DNA from: Nitrospirota bacterium
GTDB taxonomy: Bacteria; Nitrospirota; Thermodesulfovibrionia; Thermodesulfovibrionales; JdFR-86
NCBI GenBank assembly: GCA_963721805.1
Contig: CAVRJY010000001.1
Span: 640,001-704,000, forward strand
Direction: 5' to 3'
DNA length: 64,000 bases
Made by a program: the position numbers and the translations under genes. Below the pieces are notes generated by a model. It was not told where the DNA came from and searched no databases. It saw only the letters and a program-made list of their open reading frames with translations. The number at the start of each line of letters is the position of its first letter. Position 1 is the first letter of the stretch. Of this stretch, positions 9,314 through 19,238 are shown piece by piece.

Positions 9314-10408
9314 AGTGGATTGTCAAGCCAAGTGCAACAGGCGCGCATTTGCCGCAACCTCGGCGGGTGCCCTGTAGTCCAGCGTTTTTCTTGGTCTGTT
9401 GTTAATCTCATCAACGACGCGATCCAGCTGCTCCTGCGTTACTGTGTTGAAGTCGATCCCCTTCGGAAAGTACTGCCGCAGCAGCCCGTTGAGGTTTTCG
9501 TTCTGGCCGCGCTGCCATGAGCAATAGGGGTCGGCGAAGTATACGTCGATCCCCATCATGTATTTTAAGTCCCTGTAGCATGCAAACTCGCTGCCCCTGT
9601 CCACGGTCATGGTCATACGCATGCCCTGCCGCAGGCCTCCCAGCGCCGATACGGCGGCCTCCCTCAACGCCTCCGAGCCGGGCCTCGGCATCTTCCTCGA
9701 TATAAGGTAGAGGCTCTTGCGCTCGTTAAACGTTGCGATGCACGTTTTCCCGTCGAACCCGTAGACGGTATCCGCCTCCCAATCCCCGAAGCGTCCCTTC
9801 CGGACCACGATCTCGGGGCGCTGCCTGATGCTCAACGCCCCATTGAACCGGCCCCTGGTCTCAGGCCCCCGGGCTTTTCTGTAGCTCCTTCCCTTACGCC
9901 TCAGCATGCGATGCATCGAGCCCCCCATCGCCCTGTCCTGCCGTATCCATCTGTATAGCGTGGCAAAGGATATCCGCATCTCTGTGCTATGTGGATGGTC
10001 AAGCTTAAGGCGGCCCGACACCTGCTCCGGCGACCAACGCCTGCAAAGTCCCGCCATCGCATAGCCGATCAGGCCGTCCGGCCAGCGCTTCAGGCGTCTG
10101 CTCGCAAAATGCCTTCGGCGGACATAGAGCACGGTTGCGGCGTGCGCGCCATAGAAAGACTTCTTCGTGTTGCGCCGCAGCTCCCGGCTCACGCTCGATG
10201 GCGAGCGGCCAAGCTGGCGCCCGATCTCACGTATGCTCACCCCCGCATAACGCATCCTTGCGATGCCCTCCCGCTCATCAATGCTAAAATGACTGTAGCC
10301 CATCGTCCCTCCCTCTCTGTTTCGTCTGGTTGGTACTTGACTCTAACAGAACAGGATGACGATGGGCTTTTTCTTTCACAGGTGTTGCACTTCACATTAC
10401 AATCCGCG
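9314..10408 (-). mobile_element. IS30-family insertion sequence (~1095 bp) with 2-bp GC target duplication
   Basis: Terminal IRs GGATTGT...AAGTGCAACA at both ends; GC at 9312-9313 and 10409-10410. Confidence 0.92.
9323..10303 (-). CDS. IS30-family transposase
   Basis: HTH SSVSRELRRN, WSPEQ, GDWEADTV, DRGSEFA, PYCSWQRGQNEN.NGLLRQYFPKG. Confidence 0.96.
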   Translation of the reverse strand: MGYSHFSIDEREGIARMRYAGVSIREIGRQLGRSPSSVSRELRRNTKKSFYGAHAATVLYVRRRHFASRRLKRWPDGLIGYAMAGLCRRWSPEQVSGRLKLDHPHSTEMRISFATLYRWIRQDRAMGGSMHRMLRRKGRSYRKARGPETRGRFNGALSIRQRPEIVVRKGRFGDWEADTVYGFDGKTCIATFNERKSLYLISRKMPRPGSEALREAAVSALGGLRQGMRMTMTVDRGSEFACYRDLKYMMGIDVYFADPYCSWQRGQNENLNGLLRQYFPKGIDFNTVTQEQLDRVVDEINNRPRKTLDYRAPAEVAANARLLHLA

Positions 10409-10570
10409 GCCCTGCCTTGTCTGAAGCCGATTTGGGCGCGCTTTCGGGGGGCACGGAAGAAGGTCGCCCCCCGCGCCCCCAAGGTCAACGGCATTAATAA
10501 ATAATGAGCGGGGCAGGGGCCCTGCGAATAAGTGAGCGAAGCGAATAGGGAAAGGTGCCCGTGGCACCCC

Positions 10571-11959
10571 CTAGCGGGACTCGATGCCTTCGAGGGTGAG
10601 GCTGCCCATAGCCGGGGCTATCATGGCCTGCCGGTCGAGCCCCCCGTTTATGAGCCTGATGTGCGAGGCGTCGGCCGGAAACTGCCCGAGCGTCGGGTCC
10701 ACCGGCACCCAGCCGTCGATGTAGACTTCGGGCCACGCGTGGTAATAAAACCTTCCACCCTGATAGACCAGCCCGAGGGCCATCCGCGTCGGGACTCCGG
10801 CCGAGCGCGCAAGCGCGGTATACAGCACCGTGTGCTCGTTGCAGTCGCCCTGCATCGTGCGCAGGACGTCCGAGGCCCGCGGGATGCTCACGGTCGGGGC
10901 CTTCCTGACGTTCCTGTAGACCCACTCGTATATGAGCCTGGCGCGTTCGGTCCGGTCAGAGGCCCCGGCGGTGATCTCGGCCGCTCGGGAGCGGATAGCC
11001 GGATCGTTGTCCTCTACGAACAGAGGGTCCGAGCCTGTGCGCTGCGCGGGCGGGTTGGAGTCGCCGCCTGCCGGGATCTCCATGCGCGCTATCTCGAGGA
11101 TATCCCCGTGGAGGGTCTGGCCGCCGCCCTGGAGGTCATACCGTGACAGTTCGATGCCGCGGAGCCGCAGCTTTAGGTATGAGACGCCGGGATCGAGGCG
11201 CAGGTTAAACGGTATGGACAAATCCGTGATGAGGTCGGCCGTTGCCCCGGTATCCGATACCGCCTGAGACCGGGGCTCTTTGATAAACGTGAGTCCCATG
11301 GATTCCTCCTTGACGATCTCGCCGTCCTTAGTGGCCCAGAGCACGGTCTTTGAGCCCAGAGTGCTGCCCTCGAGCCGCATGGCATCGACTGATTCACCCA
11401 TCACCCTTATGCCCTCGGGCCCGACGACCACGAGTTCGAGCGTGCCTTGTGCCGCGGTCGCGGGGTCCAGCAGCGGAAAGCGGAACCGCGCCCCGGGCTC
11501 CAGCATGCCCTCAAGCGGGAGCACGGAGGTCGATATAAGAGGAGACTCGTTCAGGACGAGCTGCTGCGTGCGGCTCACGCCGCCTGAATCAACCGTCAGG
11601 GCCACCTTGCCGTCTGCAACGTTGCCGGTAATGCGCATAGGGACGTCGGCCGTGACCGTTACCTTAAAGTCTATGGCGCGCATCTTGTCGTCGAGCCTCG
11701 CAGAGCAGTCTATGCGCATCTTCTTTTTCGCGCCCATCATCGCAAGGCGCAGCTCTGCGGTCTCTTCGAGCGAGTAGCCGTAAATCTCCCGCTTGAGCAC
11801 GTGGTGGGTGAAGCCTACCTTCGCGGACTTCTCGTAGATGCCCATCCATTGCTCCTCGAACTGGCGGGCGTAAGCCGGAGCGGCCGCAAGCAGCATCGCA
11901 AGCGCGATGGCGAGGCTAGTTATGAGGTATCTTGCGGTCTTTGTTCCTGAGGTATTCAT
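10571..11959 (-). CDS. Secreted transglutaminase-like domain protein
   Basis: Signal peptide; GDCNEH, HAWPEVY, DPT catalytic triad motifs. Confidence 0.88.
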   Translation of the reverse strand: MNTSGTKTARYLITSLAIALAMLLAAAPAYARQFEEQWMGIYEKSAKVGFTHHVLKREIYGYSLEETAELRLAMMGAKKKMRIDCSARLDDKMRAIDFKVTVTADVPMRITGNVADGKVALTVDSGGVSRTQQLVLNESPLISTSVLPLEGMLEPGARFRFPLLDPATAAQGTLELVVVGPEGIRVMGESVDAMRLEGSTLGSKTVLWATKDGEIVKEESMGLTFIKEPRSQAVSDTGATADLITDLSIPFNLRLDPGVSYLKLRLRGIELSRYDLQGGGQTLHGDILEIARMEIPAGGDSNPPAQRTGSDPLFVEDNDPAIRSRAAEITAGASDRTERARLIYEWVYRNVRKAPTVSIPRASDVLRTMQGDCNEHTVLYTALARSAGVPTRMALGLVYQGGRFYYHAWPEVYIDGWVPVDPTLGQFPADASHIRLINGGLDRQAMIAPAMGSLTLEGIESR

Positions 11960-12797
11960 ATAGCCCCGGCAGGCCCCCTATGGCAGTGGCCAGAAACATC
12001 GAAAACGAGAGCGCGGTCGCCATCGCGGGCTCCACGCCGGCCGATCCAAGCAGCAGCACCGTCGCGCCCTCCCTAAGCCCGATCCCGGAGATCGAGACCG
12101 GCAGAGTCGCTACGGTCGTGATTATCGGTATGAAGGCCAGAAACAGGATGAAAGGCACGTGCATCCCAAGCCCCAGCGACAGCACATAGACCGAGAATAT
12201 GATCGAGAGCTGCACGACGAGTGAGAGCGCCAGCGTCTTGGCGATCACGCCGGGCTTCCTCAGGTACGAGTGGAAGTAGTCGTATACCGAACTCAGGACC
12301 TTCAGCCTCTGGCCTATCCTCAGGCCGAATATCAGGAGGCTGGAAAGCACGGCCGCAAGCACGATCAGCGGGAGCACCCACTCGATCCACGAGCCCCTGA
12401 AATAGCTAAACCCGAAGGGATACGCGACGATGCCGAGGCCCATAAGGGACGTGAACCCGACGAACCGGTCCATGAACACGGACGACAGGGCCTGCGTGCC
12501 CTTGCCGGTCTGTTTGTAGAGGTAATAGATCTTCACCGCGTCGCCGCCGACGAGGCCCGGCAGAAAGGTATTGAAGAACGACCCGAGCAGGTAAAGCGGG
12601 AAGAGCCGCCTGATGCCGAACCGCTCGGGCAGGAGCATCTGCCAGCGAAACGACGAGACGAGCGTGGCGAAGACGTAAGTGACGACCGCGAAGACGAAGG
12701 CCCACGGGTTTATGGCCCGCAGGCTTGAGAATACCTTGTCGATCCCGGCCTTGGAGAAGATCAGATAGAGCGCCCCGCCGCTTACGGCGAGCTTCAC
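11916..12797 (-). CDS. UPF0104 / lysylphosphatidylglycerol-synthase-TM family flippase-like protein
   Basis: FRWQMLL, FFNTFLPG.VGGD, DR, LPVSISGIGLRE; start uncertain. Confidence 0.85.
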   Translation of the reverse strand: MKLAVSGGALYLIFSKAGIDKVFSSLRAINPWAFVFAVVTYVFATLVSSFRWQMLLPERFGIRRLFPLYLLGSFFNTFLPGLVGGDAVKIYYLYKQTGKGTQALSSVFMDRFVGFTSLMGLGIVAYPFGFSYFRGSWIEWVLPLIVLAAVLSSLLIFGLRIGQRLKVLSSVYDYFHSYLRKPGVIAKTLALSLVVQLSIIFSVYVLSLGLGMHVPFILFLAFIPIITTVATLPVSISGIGLREGATVLLLGSAGVEPAMATALSFSMFLATAIGGLPGLYEYLRNKDRKIPHN

Positions 12798-12817
12798 TAT
12801 CAGCAGGAGGAGCTTTT

Positions 12818-13783
12818 TTATTCTTCGCTCCTGAGGCTTTTATTGATGACCCCGAGGGTCTTCTTTAGATAATAGATCGGCTTCCGCTGGCTCTCGTGGT
12901 ATATGCGCACGAGCATCTCGCCAAGCAGGCCCATGCCGATCAGCTGAATGCCGACGATGATCAGCAGCGCGCCCAGCAGCAGCAGCGGGCGGTTGCCTAT
13001 CGGGTTTCCGCGCACGAACTTGTCAAACGTGAGATACAGCGATATCAGCATCCCCGAGGCGCCGAGTATCAGCCCGCCCAGGCCGAAGAACTGTATCGGT
13101 TTGGTCGAGAAGCTCTGGAGGAACTTTATCGTTATAAGGTCCAGAAACACCCTGAAGGTGCGCCCGATGCCGTATTTGGAGACGCCGCGCGTGCGGGGGT
13201 GGTGCGTGACCTCGACCTCGCCTACGGTGACGCCGAACCAGTTGGCGACGGCCGGGATGAAGCGGTGCATCTCGCCGTAGAGGTTTAAATTTTTCACTAC
13301 CTCGCGGCGATATGCCTTCAGGGAGCAGCCGTAGTCGTGCAGGTGCACGCCCGTGACCTTGCTTATGAGCCAGTTGGCGGCCATCGAGGGCAGGCGGCGC
13401 GTGATGAACTTGTCCTTGCGCTGCTTGCGCCAGCCGCTTACGATGTCGTATTCCTTCGCCATCTCGACCAGGCGCGGGATGTCCATGGGGTCGTTCTGCA
13501 GATCGCCGTCCATGGTGACCACGACCTCGCCACGCGAGTAGTCGAAACCGGCCGTGAAGGCCGCGGTCTGCCCGAAGTTGCGCCTCATCCCGAGGACTAC
13601 GACATGGGGGTCGGCCGCGTGCAGGTCCTCGATTATGCGGAGCGTCCGGTCGGTGCTCCCGTCGTCGACGAAGATGATCTCGTAGCTTTGGCCGGTGCCG
13701 CGCAGGGCCGCGCTGAGCCTCTCGTGGAGCTCCGAGACGTTTTCCTCTTCGTTATACACGGGGATGACGACCGATATGTCCAA
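12818..13783 (-). CDS. GT2 polyprenol-phosphate glycosyltransferase (ArnC/GtrB-like)
   Basis: IPVYNE, VDDGSTD, RNFGQ, DGDLQNDP, two C-terminal TM helices. Confidence 0.92.
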   Translation of the reverse strand: MDISVVIPVYNEEENVSELHERLSAALRGTGQSYEIIFVDDGSTDRTLRIIEDLHAADPHVVVLGMRRNFGQTAAFTAGFDYSRGEVVVTMDGDLQNDPMDIPRLVEMAKEYDIVSGWRKQRKDKFITRRLPSMAANWLISKVTGVHLHDYGCSLKAYRREVVKNLNLYGEMHRFIPAVANWFGVTVGEVEVTHHPRTRGVSKYGIGRTFRVFLDLITIKFLQSFSTKPIQFFGLGGLILGASGMLISLYLTFDKFVRGNPIGNRPLLLLGALLIIVGIQLIGMGLLGEMLVRIYHESQRKPIYYLKKTLGVINKSLRSEE

Positions 13784-13874
13784 TGCCGGTTCCTTTCGAG
13801 TGCGATATGCATGTTATCTTAGCAATTCCGTGAGGCGTATGGCAAAATATCGCGTGGGGTTGATAATATAAGGC

Positions 13875-14102
13875 ATGACTATAGACGGCCGTTCACTCTC
13901 ATCGCAGGATATCATGCGCTCGCTGCAGGGCGCCATCCGCGCCAAGTGCGACACCGAAGCGGTGGAGGTCATCGTCTCGGACCAGGCCGAGGCCGCGCGC
14001 GTCAAGGCGTTCATGAAGATGAGCGGCCTGCAGGTCCAGACGCTCCGCCAGGACGGACGGTGGACCGTGCTTGGAAGCGGGTCCGGCTGCCATTGCTGCT
14101 AG
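13875..14102 (+). CDS. Small TusA/SirA-like protein with C-terminal GCHCC
   Basis: 75 aa; IDGRSL...EVIVSD...VKAF pattern of TusA fold, without the CPxP motif. Confidence 0.6.
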   Translation: MTIDGRSLSSQDIMRSLQGAIRAKCDTEAVEVIVSDQAEAARVKAFMKMSGLQVQTLRQDGRWTVLGSGSGCHCC

Positions 14103-14127
14103 GGCTAAGCTTGCTTGCGCCATCCCT

Positions 14128-15567
14128 ATGAGGTGCGCCCTTGTCGTCCCGTCCTGGACGCCCGCCGATATCTTCTCGTCCAAGACCGCCGGATCGCAGA
14201 TCAACTACTGGCAGCCGCTCGGGACGCTCTACGTCGCTTCTAGCCTGCTTCGGGCGGGTCACGAGGTGAGGTTCCTAAACGGTGCCTTCCTCTCTAATGA
14301 CGACGTGCTGGCCCGGATCAAGGAATTCAAACCCTCGCTCATGGGGCTATATAGCACCGCGTTCGGATGGCCCCGCGCTATGCGCACCGCGGCCGCGGTC
14401 AAGGCCGCCCTCGACGATGTCTTTGTAGTTGTCGGGGGGCCTTATCCTGTTGCGCTAAAGTCAGCATGCCTCAGCGACCCCAATGCAGGTGCGATAGACG
14501 CGGTCGCAACCGGCGAGGCCGAGCAGACTATGGCCGAACTCGCCGAGAGGCTAGGGCAGGGCCATGACCTTGCCGGAGTGCTCGGGCTTGCGTACCGCGC
14601 TAAAGACGGCGCTATAGTGGATAACGGCCTCCGGCCGTTCTGCACCGATCTGGATTCGATCCCGTTTCCGGCGCGCGATCTGCTGGGCGATGCGGCCAGA
14701 TACCTGCCGCCCCCGGCGACATACATGCGAAAGCCGGTCGCTGTGATGATAACCTCGCGGGGCTGCAACAGGCGGTGCCTCTATTGCTTCCAGATCGACC
14801 GCGAACGCAGCCACGGGGTCAGGTACAGGAGCATCCCGAACGTTATCGAGGAGATCGAGCTCGTCCTTAAGCAGGGATACCGCGAGATCAAGTTCATAGA
14901 CGATACGCTCGCGGCGGACTACGGCCGGGCGATGGCGCTCGTTCAGGAGATCAAGCGCCGGGGGCTGGACTTCACCTGGTTCGCCTCGGCCTGCGTCAAT
15001 CAGGTCGATGAGCCGCTGTTGAAGGCCTTTAAGGAGGCAGGCTGCTGGGCGATACTCTTCGGGGCCGAAAGCGGTGTCCAGAAAAACCTCAACGCTATCA
15101 GGAAGGGGATCACCACGGAGCAGACGCGGAAGGCAGTGGCAGCGGCGAAGAGGGTAGGGCTTACGGTCCTGACCCCGTTTCTGTTCGGCATACCCGGCGA
15201 GACATACGAAGAGGGGCTCCAGACGATAGAGTTCGCGTGCGAGCTGGATCCGGACATCGCGAACTTCCATGCGATCACCCCGTTTCCGGGGACCGACCTT
15301 TACGACCGGCGGCATGAGCTGGGCACGGTATCGGGGGAGCTGGACGACTACACCTATCAGGGCGCGGCGTTTGTACCGCACACGATGACGAGAGAACAGA
15401 TCGCGGAACTCAGGCAAATAGCGTTCAAACGATTTTATTCACGTCCTTCATATTTGATAAGGCGGGCGTTAAAAGTCAGATCGTTCCATGAAGTTCGAGC
15501 AGCGTTCAGCGGGTTGCGCAGTCTTTTCTGGCTCTGGAGTGAGCGGGGCATATTTAAGAGAAAGTAA
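14128..15567 (+). CDS. B12-binding radical SAM enzyme (class B methyltransferase-like)
   Basis: PLGTLY, VGGPY, TGEAE, SRGCNRRCLYC, GAESG, PFPGT. Confidence 0.93.
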   Translation: MRCALVVPSWTPADIFSSKTAGSQINYWQPLGTLYVASSLLRAGHEVRFLNGAFLSNDDVLARIKEFKPSLMGLYSTAFGWPRAMRTAAAVKAALDDVFVVVGGPYPVALKSACLSDPNAGAIDAVATGEAEQTMAELAERLGQGHDLAGVLGLAYRAKDGAIVDNGLRPFCTDLDSIPFPARDLLGDAARYLPPPATYMRKPVAVMITSRGCNRRCLYCFQIDRERSHGVRYRSIPNVIEEIELVLKQGYREIKFIDDTLAADYGRAMALVQEIKRRGLDFTWFASACVNQVDEPLLKAFKEAGCWAILFGAESGVQKNLNAIRKGITTEQTRKAVAAAKRVGLTVLTPFLFGIPGETYEEGLQTIEFACELDPDIANFHAITPFPGTDLYDRRHELGTVSGELDDYTYQGAAFVPHTMTREQIAELRQIAFKRFYSRPSYLIRRALKVRSFHEVRAAFSGLRSLFWLWSERGIFKRK

Positions 15568-15568
15568 A

Positions 15569-15761
15569 AAAGCGCTCCAAATCGCTTGATACTGCGTTGG
15601 GCATCGAAGACTCGCCCTCTATGTACGTCACAGTACACCATCGGGCGGTCTTCTCGCCCTGCCTTGTCTGAAGACGATTTGGGCGCGCTTTCGGGGGGCA
15701 CGGACAGCGGACGCCCCCCGCGCCCCACAAGGCCAACGTCATGATTGGGAGGGTCAACGGC
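15569..15761 (+). repeat. 123-bp hairpin element copy 4 (core 15569-15691) plus tail
   Basis: Near-identical to copy 1. Confidence 0.95.
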
Positions 15762-15797
15762 ATATTTAAAGTTTTCGCGTGCGCATGGGATACGCTG

Positions 15798-15920
15798 AAA
15801 GTGCGCGAAATTTCGGCAGACAAGGAACGGCGAGGAAAACGTCCGAAGTCGTATATGGACATACGTCGAGGACGGATTTCCGAGCCAGTGACGCAGTATC
15901 CCGGAACTTTCGCGCGCTTT
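15798..15920 (-). repeat. 123-bp hairpin element copy 5, highly divergent, inverted relative to copy 4
   Basis: Same length; GATACTGCGT and CCTTGTCTG kept; stems replaced compensatorily (CGTAT/ATACG, CGTCC/GGACG). Confidence 0.85.
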
Positions 15921-15932
15921 CCCCGTGGCGAG

Positions 15933-15962
15933 TTGACATTACATTGGGGGTTTCATTACTAT
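15933..15962 (+). promoter_or_regulatory. rplM promoter
   Basis: TTGACA-18 nt-TACTAT. Confidence 0.6.
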
Positions 15963-15997
15963 ATAGGCTCTTATTAAACGGCATTAGAGGGTGGACG

Positions 15998-16435
15998 ATG
16001 AAAACAGAATTCGCACATACGACAGATGTGGATCGCAAATGGTACGTGGTTGACGCCAACGAACAGGTGCTGGGCAGGCTTGCCACGCAGATAGCGGTAT
16101 GTCTGAGGGGCAAGGCCAAGCCGATTTTCACGCCTAACGCTGACGCAGGAGACTTCGTCATAGTCGTCAACTGCGAGAAGATCAAGCTCACGGGCAACAA
16201 GCTCGAGGACAAGGTCTACGAGTGGCACACCAACTATCCGGGCGGGATCAAGTCCGAGACCGCCGGCGACAGGATGAAGACGAAGCCCGAGGAGATCATC
16301 CGCGAGGCGGTATGGGGGATGCTCCCCAAGGGACGCCTCGGCAGGCAGATCCTCAAGAAGCTGAAAGTCTACAAGGGGGACGAACATCCCCATAAAGCCC
16401 AGAAGCCAGAGCTTCTGGATATGACGAGGAGTTAA
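15998..16435 (+). CDS. rplM: 50S ribosomal protein L13
   Basis: WYVVDA..LGRLAT, GDFVIVVN, GMLPKG.LGR. Confidence 0.98.
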   Translation: MKTEFAHTTDVDRKWYVVDANEQVLGRLATQIAVCLRGKAKPIFTPNADAGDFVIVVNCEKIKLTGNKLEDKVYEWHTNYPGGIKSETAGDRMKTKPEEIIREAVWGMLPKGRLGRQILKKLKVYKGDEHPHKAQKPELLDMTRS

Positions 16436-16441
16436 CGGATT

Positions 16442-16837
16442 ATGGCGGCAGAAGTGAGCTATTCAGCCACCGGCAGGAGGAAGACCTCCATCGCAAGCGT
16501 GGTTATGACCTCCGGCAAAGGGGCCATTACGATCAACAAGAGGACGTTCGAGGACTATTTCCCGAGGCCGACGCTTCGGATGATGATACGCCAGCCCCTG
16601 GAGCTTACCGGGACGAGCGACCGCTTTGACATCCGCGCCAAGATCACAGGCGGCGGCCCCTCGGGGCAGGCCGGTGCTCTCAGGCACGGCATATCGCGCG
16701 CGCTCCTGAAGGTCGACGGAGAGATGCGTGACAAGCTCAAAAAAGAGGGCTTCCTCACGCGCGACCCCAGGGCCGTCGAAAGAAAGAAGTACGGCCAGAA
16801 GGGCGCACGCGCCAGGTTCCAGTTCTCGAAGCGTTAA
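16442..16837 (+). CDS. rpsI: 30S ribosomal protein S9
   Basis: [30 protein letters not shown]. Confidence 0.98.
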   Translation: MAAEVSYSATGRRKTSIASVVMTSGKGAITINKRTFEDYFPRPTLRMMIRQPLELTGTSDRFDIRAKITGGGPSGQAGALRHGISRALLKVDGEMRDKLKKEGFLTRDPRAVERKKYGQKGARARFQFSKR

Positions 16838-16864
16838 CACGGGCCGAATTTTCGGGTATACTAT

Positions 16865-16905
16865 AGCGGCAGGCCCACCAGGGTCTGCCGCTTAATCTTT
16901 TTTTT
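16865..16905 (+). terminator. Rho-independent terminator after rpsI
   Basis: AGCGGCAGGCCC/GGGTCTGCCGCT hairpin followed by T-tract. Confidence 0.65.
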
Positions 16906-16920
16906 GGAGGTGTTCAGAGG

Positions 16921-17967
16921 GTGGCTAAGCTCAAGGTTGCCATATGCGGCGGAAGCGGGTATACGGGGGCTGAACTGCTGCGCATCCTACTGGGGCACCC
17001 CAAGGTCGAGGTTACGGCCGTCACGTCGGAGCAGTCCGCCGGGAAGAGCCCGGTCGACCTGTTCCCCCACCTGCCGCAGTACGCCCACCTCAAATACGAG
17101 CCGCTGGACAAAAAGACGCTGCTTAAGAAGGCCGACCTGTTTTTCATGGCCCTGCCGCACGCGGCCTCGCAGGAGGCGGTCGATTTTTTCTATAAGAAGG
17201 GCAAGAAGGTCCTGGACCTCTCAGCCGACTACCGGCTGAAAAACCCGCTCGTCTACGAGCAATGGTACAAGACTCCGCATAATTATCCAAAGACGCTTGA
17301 AAAGGCGGTCTACGGCCTGCCCGAGATCCACAGAAAGAAGATCGCGGCCTCGCCGCTGATCGCGCTTCCGGGCTGTTACCCTACCAGCGTGCTGCTGGGG
17401 CTGTATCCGCTTTTGAAAGACGACGCTGTCGACACCGGCACGCTGGTCATCGACTCCAAGAGCGGCACCTCGGGCGCCGGGCGCAAGTCGGACGTGGCGC
17501 TCTCGTTTTGCGAGGTCAACGAGGGGTTCAAGGCATACGCCGTCGCCTCGCACCGCCATACCCCGGAGATCGAACAGGAGCTGGCCCTGATCGTAAAGCG
17601 CCCGGTGGCGATAAACTTCACCCCTCACCTGCTGCCGATAAACCGCGGCATGCTCTCGACCATTTACGGGCGCCTCAAGAAGCGCGCCGAGCTGGACGAT
17701 ATCATCGCGCTCTACGCAAAGGCATACGCAAAGGAGCCGTTCGTCCGCGTGCACCCGGCCGGGACGTTTCCGAACATCAACGCCGTGAAGGGCACGAACC
17801 GCTGCGACATCGGCTTTACGCTTAACGAGCGTACGAGCACGGTCATCGTCGTCTCGGTGATCGACAACCTGGTGAAGGGCGCATCGGGGCAGGCCGTGCA
17901 GTGCATGAACCTCGTGATGGGATACCCCGAGACGATGGCGCTTGAGGCGGCCGCGGCATGCCCGTAA
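16921..17967 (+). CDS. argC: N-acetyl-gamma-glutamyl-phosphate reductase
   Basis: GSGYTGAEL, DLSADYRL, PGCYPT, SG.SGAGR, DNLVKGASGQA. Confidence 0.97.
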   Translation: MAKLKVAICGGSGYTGAELLRILLGHPKVEVTAVTSEQSAGKSPVDLFPHLPQYAHLKYEPLDKKTLLKKADLFFMALPHAASQEAVDFFYKKGKKVLDLSADYRLKNPLVYEQWYKTPHNYPKTLEKAVYGLPEIHRKKIAASPLIALPGCYPTSVLLGLYPLLKDDAVDTGTLVIDSKSGTSGAGRKSDVALSFCEVNEGFKAYAVASHRHTPEIEQELALIVKRPVAINFTPHLLPINRGMLSTIYGRLKKRAELDDIIALYAKAYAKEPFVRVHPAGTFPNINAVKGTNRCDIGFTLNERTSTVIVVSVIDNLVKGASGQAVQCMNLVMGYPETMALEAAAACP

Positions 17968-18029
17968 ACGAGCGCGGTAAATTCTCGCTGCGCTCGAATT
18001 TGTCGCGGCGTGCGGAAAGAAATAGATAA

Positions 18030-19223
18030 ATGTCTGACAAATCCATGATGCTGCCCAAGGGATTCCAGTGCTCTACGGTCGAGGCCGCGATCAAGCGGCC
18101 GGGGCGCAAGGACCTGGCCCTGATATATTCCGAATGTGACGCCGCGCTCGCGGCCGTCTATACCACGAACAAGGTCAAGGCTGCCCCTGTCGTACTGGAC
18201 ATCAAGCGCACGCGCAAGGGCACGGCCCGCGCGATAGTCGTCAACAGCGGCAACGCCAACGCGTGCACCGGGGCGCAGGGCATGGACGACGCGGTCGAGA
18301 CCGCCGCGCTCACCGCGCTGGCGCTCGGCATCACGGACGCCGGGGTGCTCGTATCCTCCACCGGAGTGATCGGCGTGCCGATGCCTATGGCGCGCGTGCG
18401 CAAGGCCATCGGCCCCCTCGTAGACAAGCTGGGCAAGGCGTCCTTGGAAGACCTCGCGCGCGCGATAATGACGACCGATACGTTCCCGAAGTTCGTATCC
18501 AAAAAGATAAAGATCGGCACGAAGACCGGGACGGTATCGGCCGCGGCGAAGGGATCGGGTATGATCGCCCCGAACATGGCCACGATGCTAGGCTACGTCA
18601 TGACCGACCTTGCGGTAGAGCTGCCCGCGCTTAAGGCCGCGCTTAAAGAGGCGACCGAGTATACCTTCAACCGCGTCACGGTCGATGGGGACCAGTCGAC
18701 GAACGACAGCCTCATCATCCTCGCAAACGGGATGGCCGGCAATGCGCCAGTCAAGCTTGGCTCGGCCGAGTACAAGAAGTTCGCGGAGGTCGTATTCGAG
18801 GTCTGCGAGACCCTGGCTACGCAGGTTGCGCAAGACGGCGAGGGCGCGACCAAGCTCGTCGTCTTCGAGATCGAGGGCGCGCATAACGAGGCCGAGGCCA
18901 AGGCCGCCGCGCTCAAGCTCGGAAACTCGCCGCTCGTCAAGACCGCGATCTATGGCAAGGACCCCAACTGGGGCCGCATCATGTCCACGCTCGGATCAAG
19001 CGGCATCCGCATGGATGAGGCCCGCGTCGCCATATTTATCGGCCGAGTGCAGGTCGCCAAGGCCGGGCTCAGCACAGGCCGCGAGGCAGATGCGCGCCCG
19101 GAACTCGATAAGAAGGAAGTCCGCATACGCATTAACCTCGGCATGGGCAAGGCCAAAACCCGCGTCCTCACCTGCGACCTGACCGAGGGCTACATCAAGA
19201 TCAACGCGCACTACACCACCTAG
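18030..19223 (+). CDS. argJ: Glutamate/ornithine acetyltransferase
   Basis: NSGNANACTG, STGVIG, KGSGMIAPNMATML, DGEGATK, DPNWGR. Confidence 0.97.
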   Translation: MSDKSMMLPKGFQCSTVEAAIKRPGRKDLALIYSECDAALAAVYTTNKVKAAPVVLDIKRTRKGTARAIVVNSGNANACTGAQGMDDAVETAALTALALGITDAGVLVSSTGVIGVPMPMARVRKAIGPLVDKLGKASLEDLARAIMTTDTFPKFVSKKIKIGTKTGTVSAAAKGSGMIAPNMATMLGYVMTDLAVELPALKAALKEATEYTFNRVTVDGDQSTNDSLIILANGMAGNAPVKLGSAEYKKFAEVVFEVCETLATQVAQDGEGATKLVVFEIEGAHNEAEAKAAALKLGNSPLVKTAIYGKDPNWGRIMSTLGSSGIRMDEARVAIFIGRVQVAKAGLSTGREADARPELDKKEVRIRINLGMGKAKTRVLTCDLTEGYIKINAHYTT

Positions 19224-19238
19224 TCGGCCCGCTTTCTA

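Larger units (their letters stand above)
9225..10570 (+). repeat. 123-bp hairpin element copy 3, split by IS30; tail and terminal GGTGCCCGTGGCACC palindrome
   Basis: Core 9225-9313 resumes at 10409-10444; tail AAGGTCAACGGC to 10492. Confidence 0.93.

Noticed and set aside
14100..14102. TAG after CHCC as a recoded (pyrrolysine) codon; selenoprotein candidates
   Set aside because: No pyl genes or supporting in-frame continuation, and I saw no in-frame TGA at a conserved Cys position in the genes examined.
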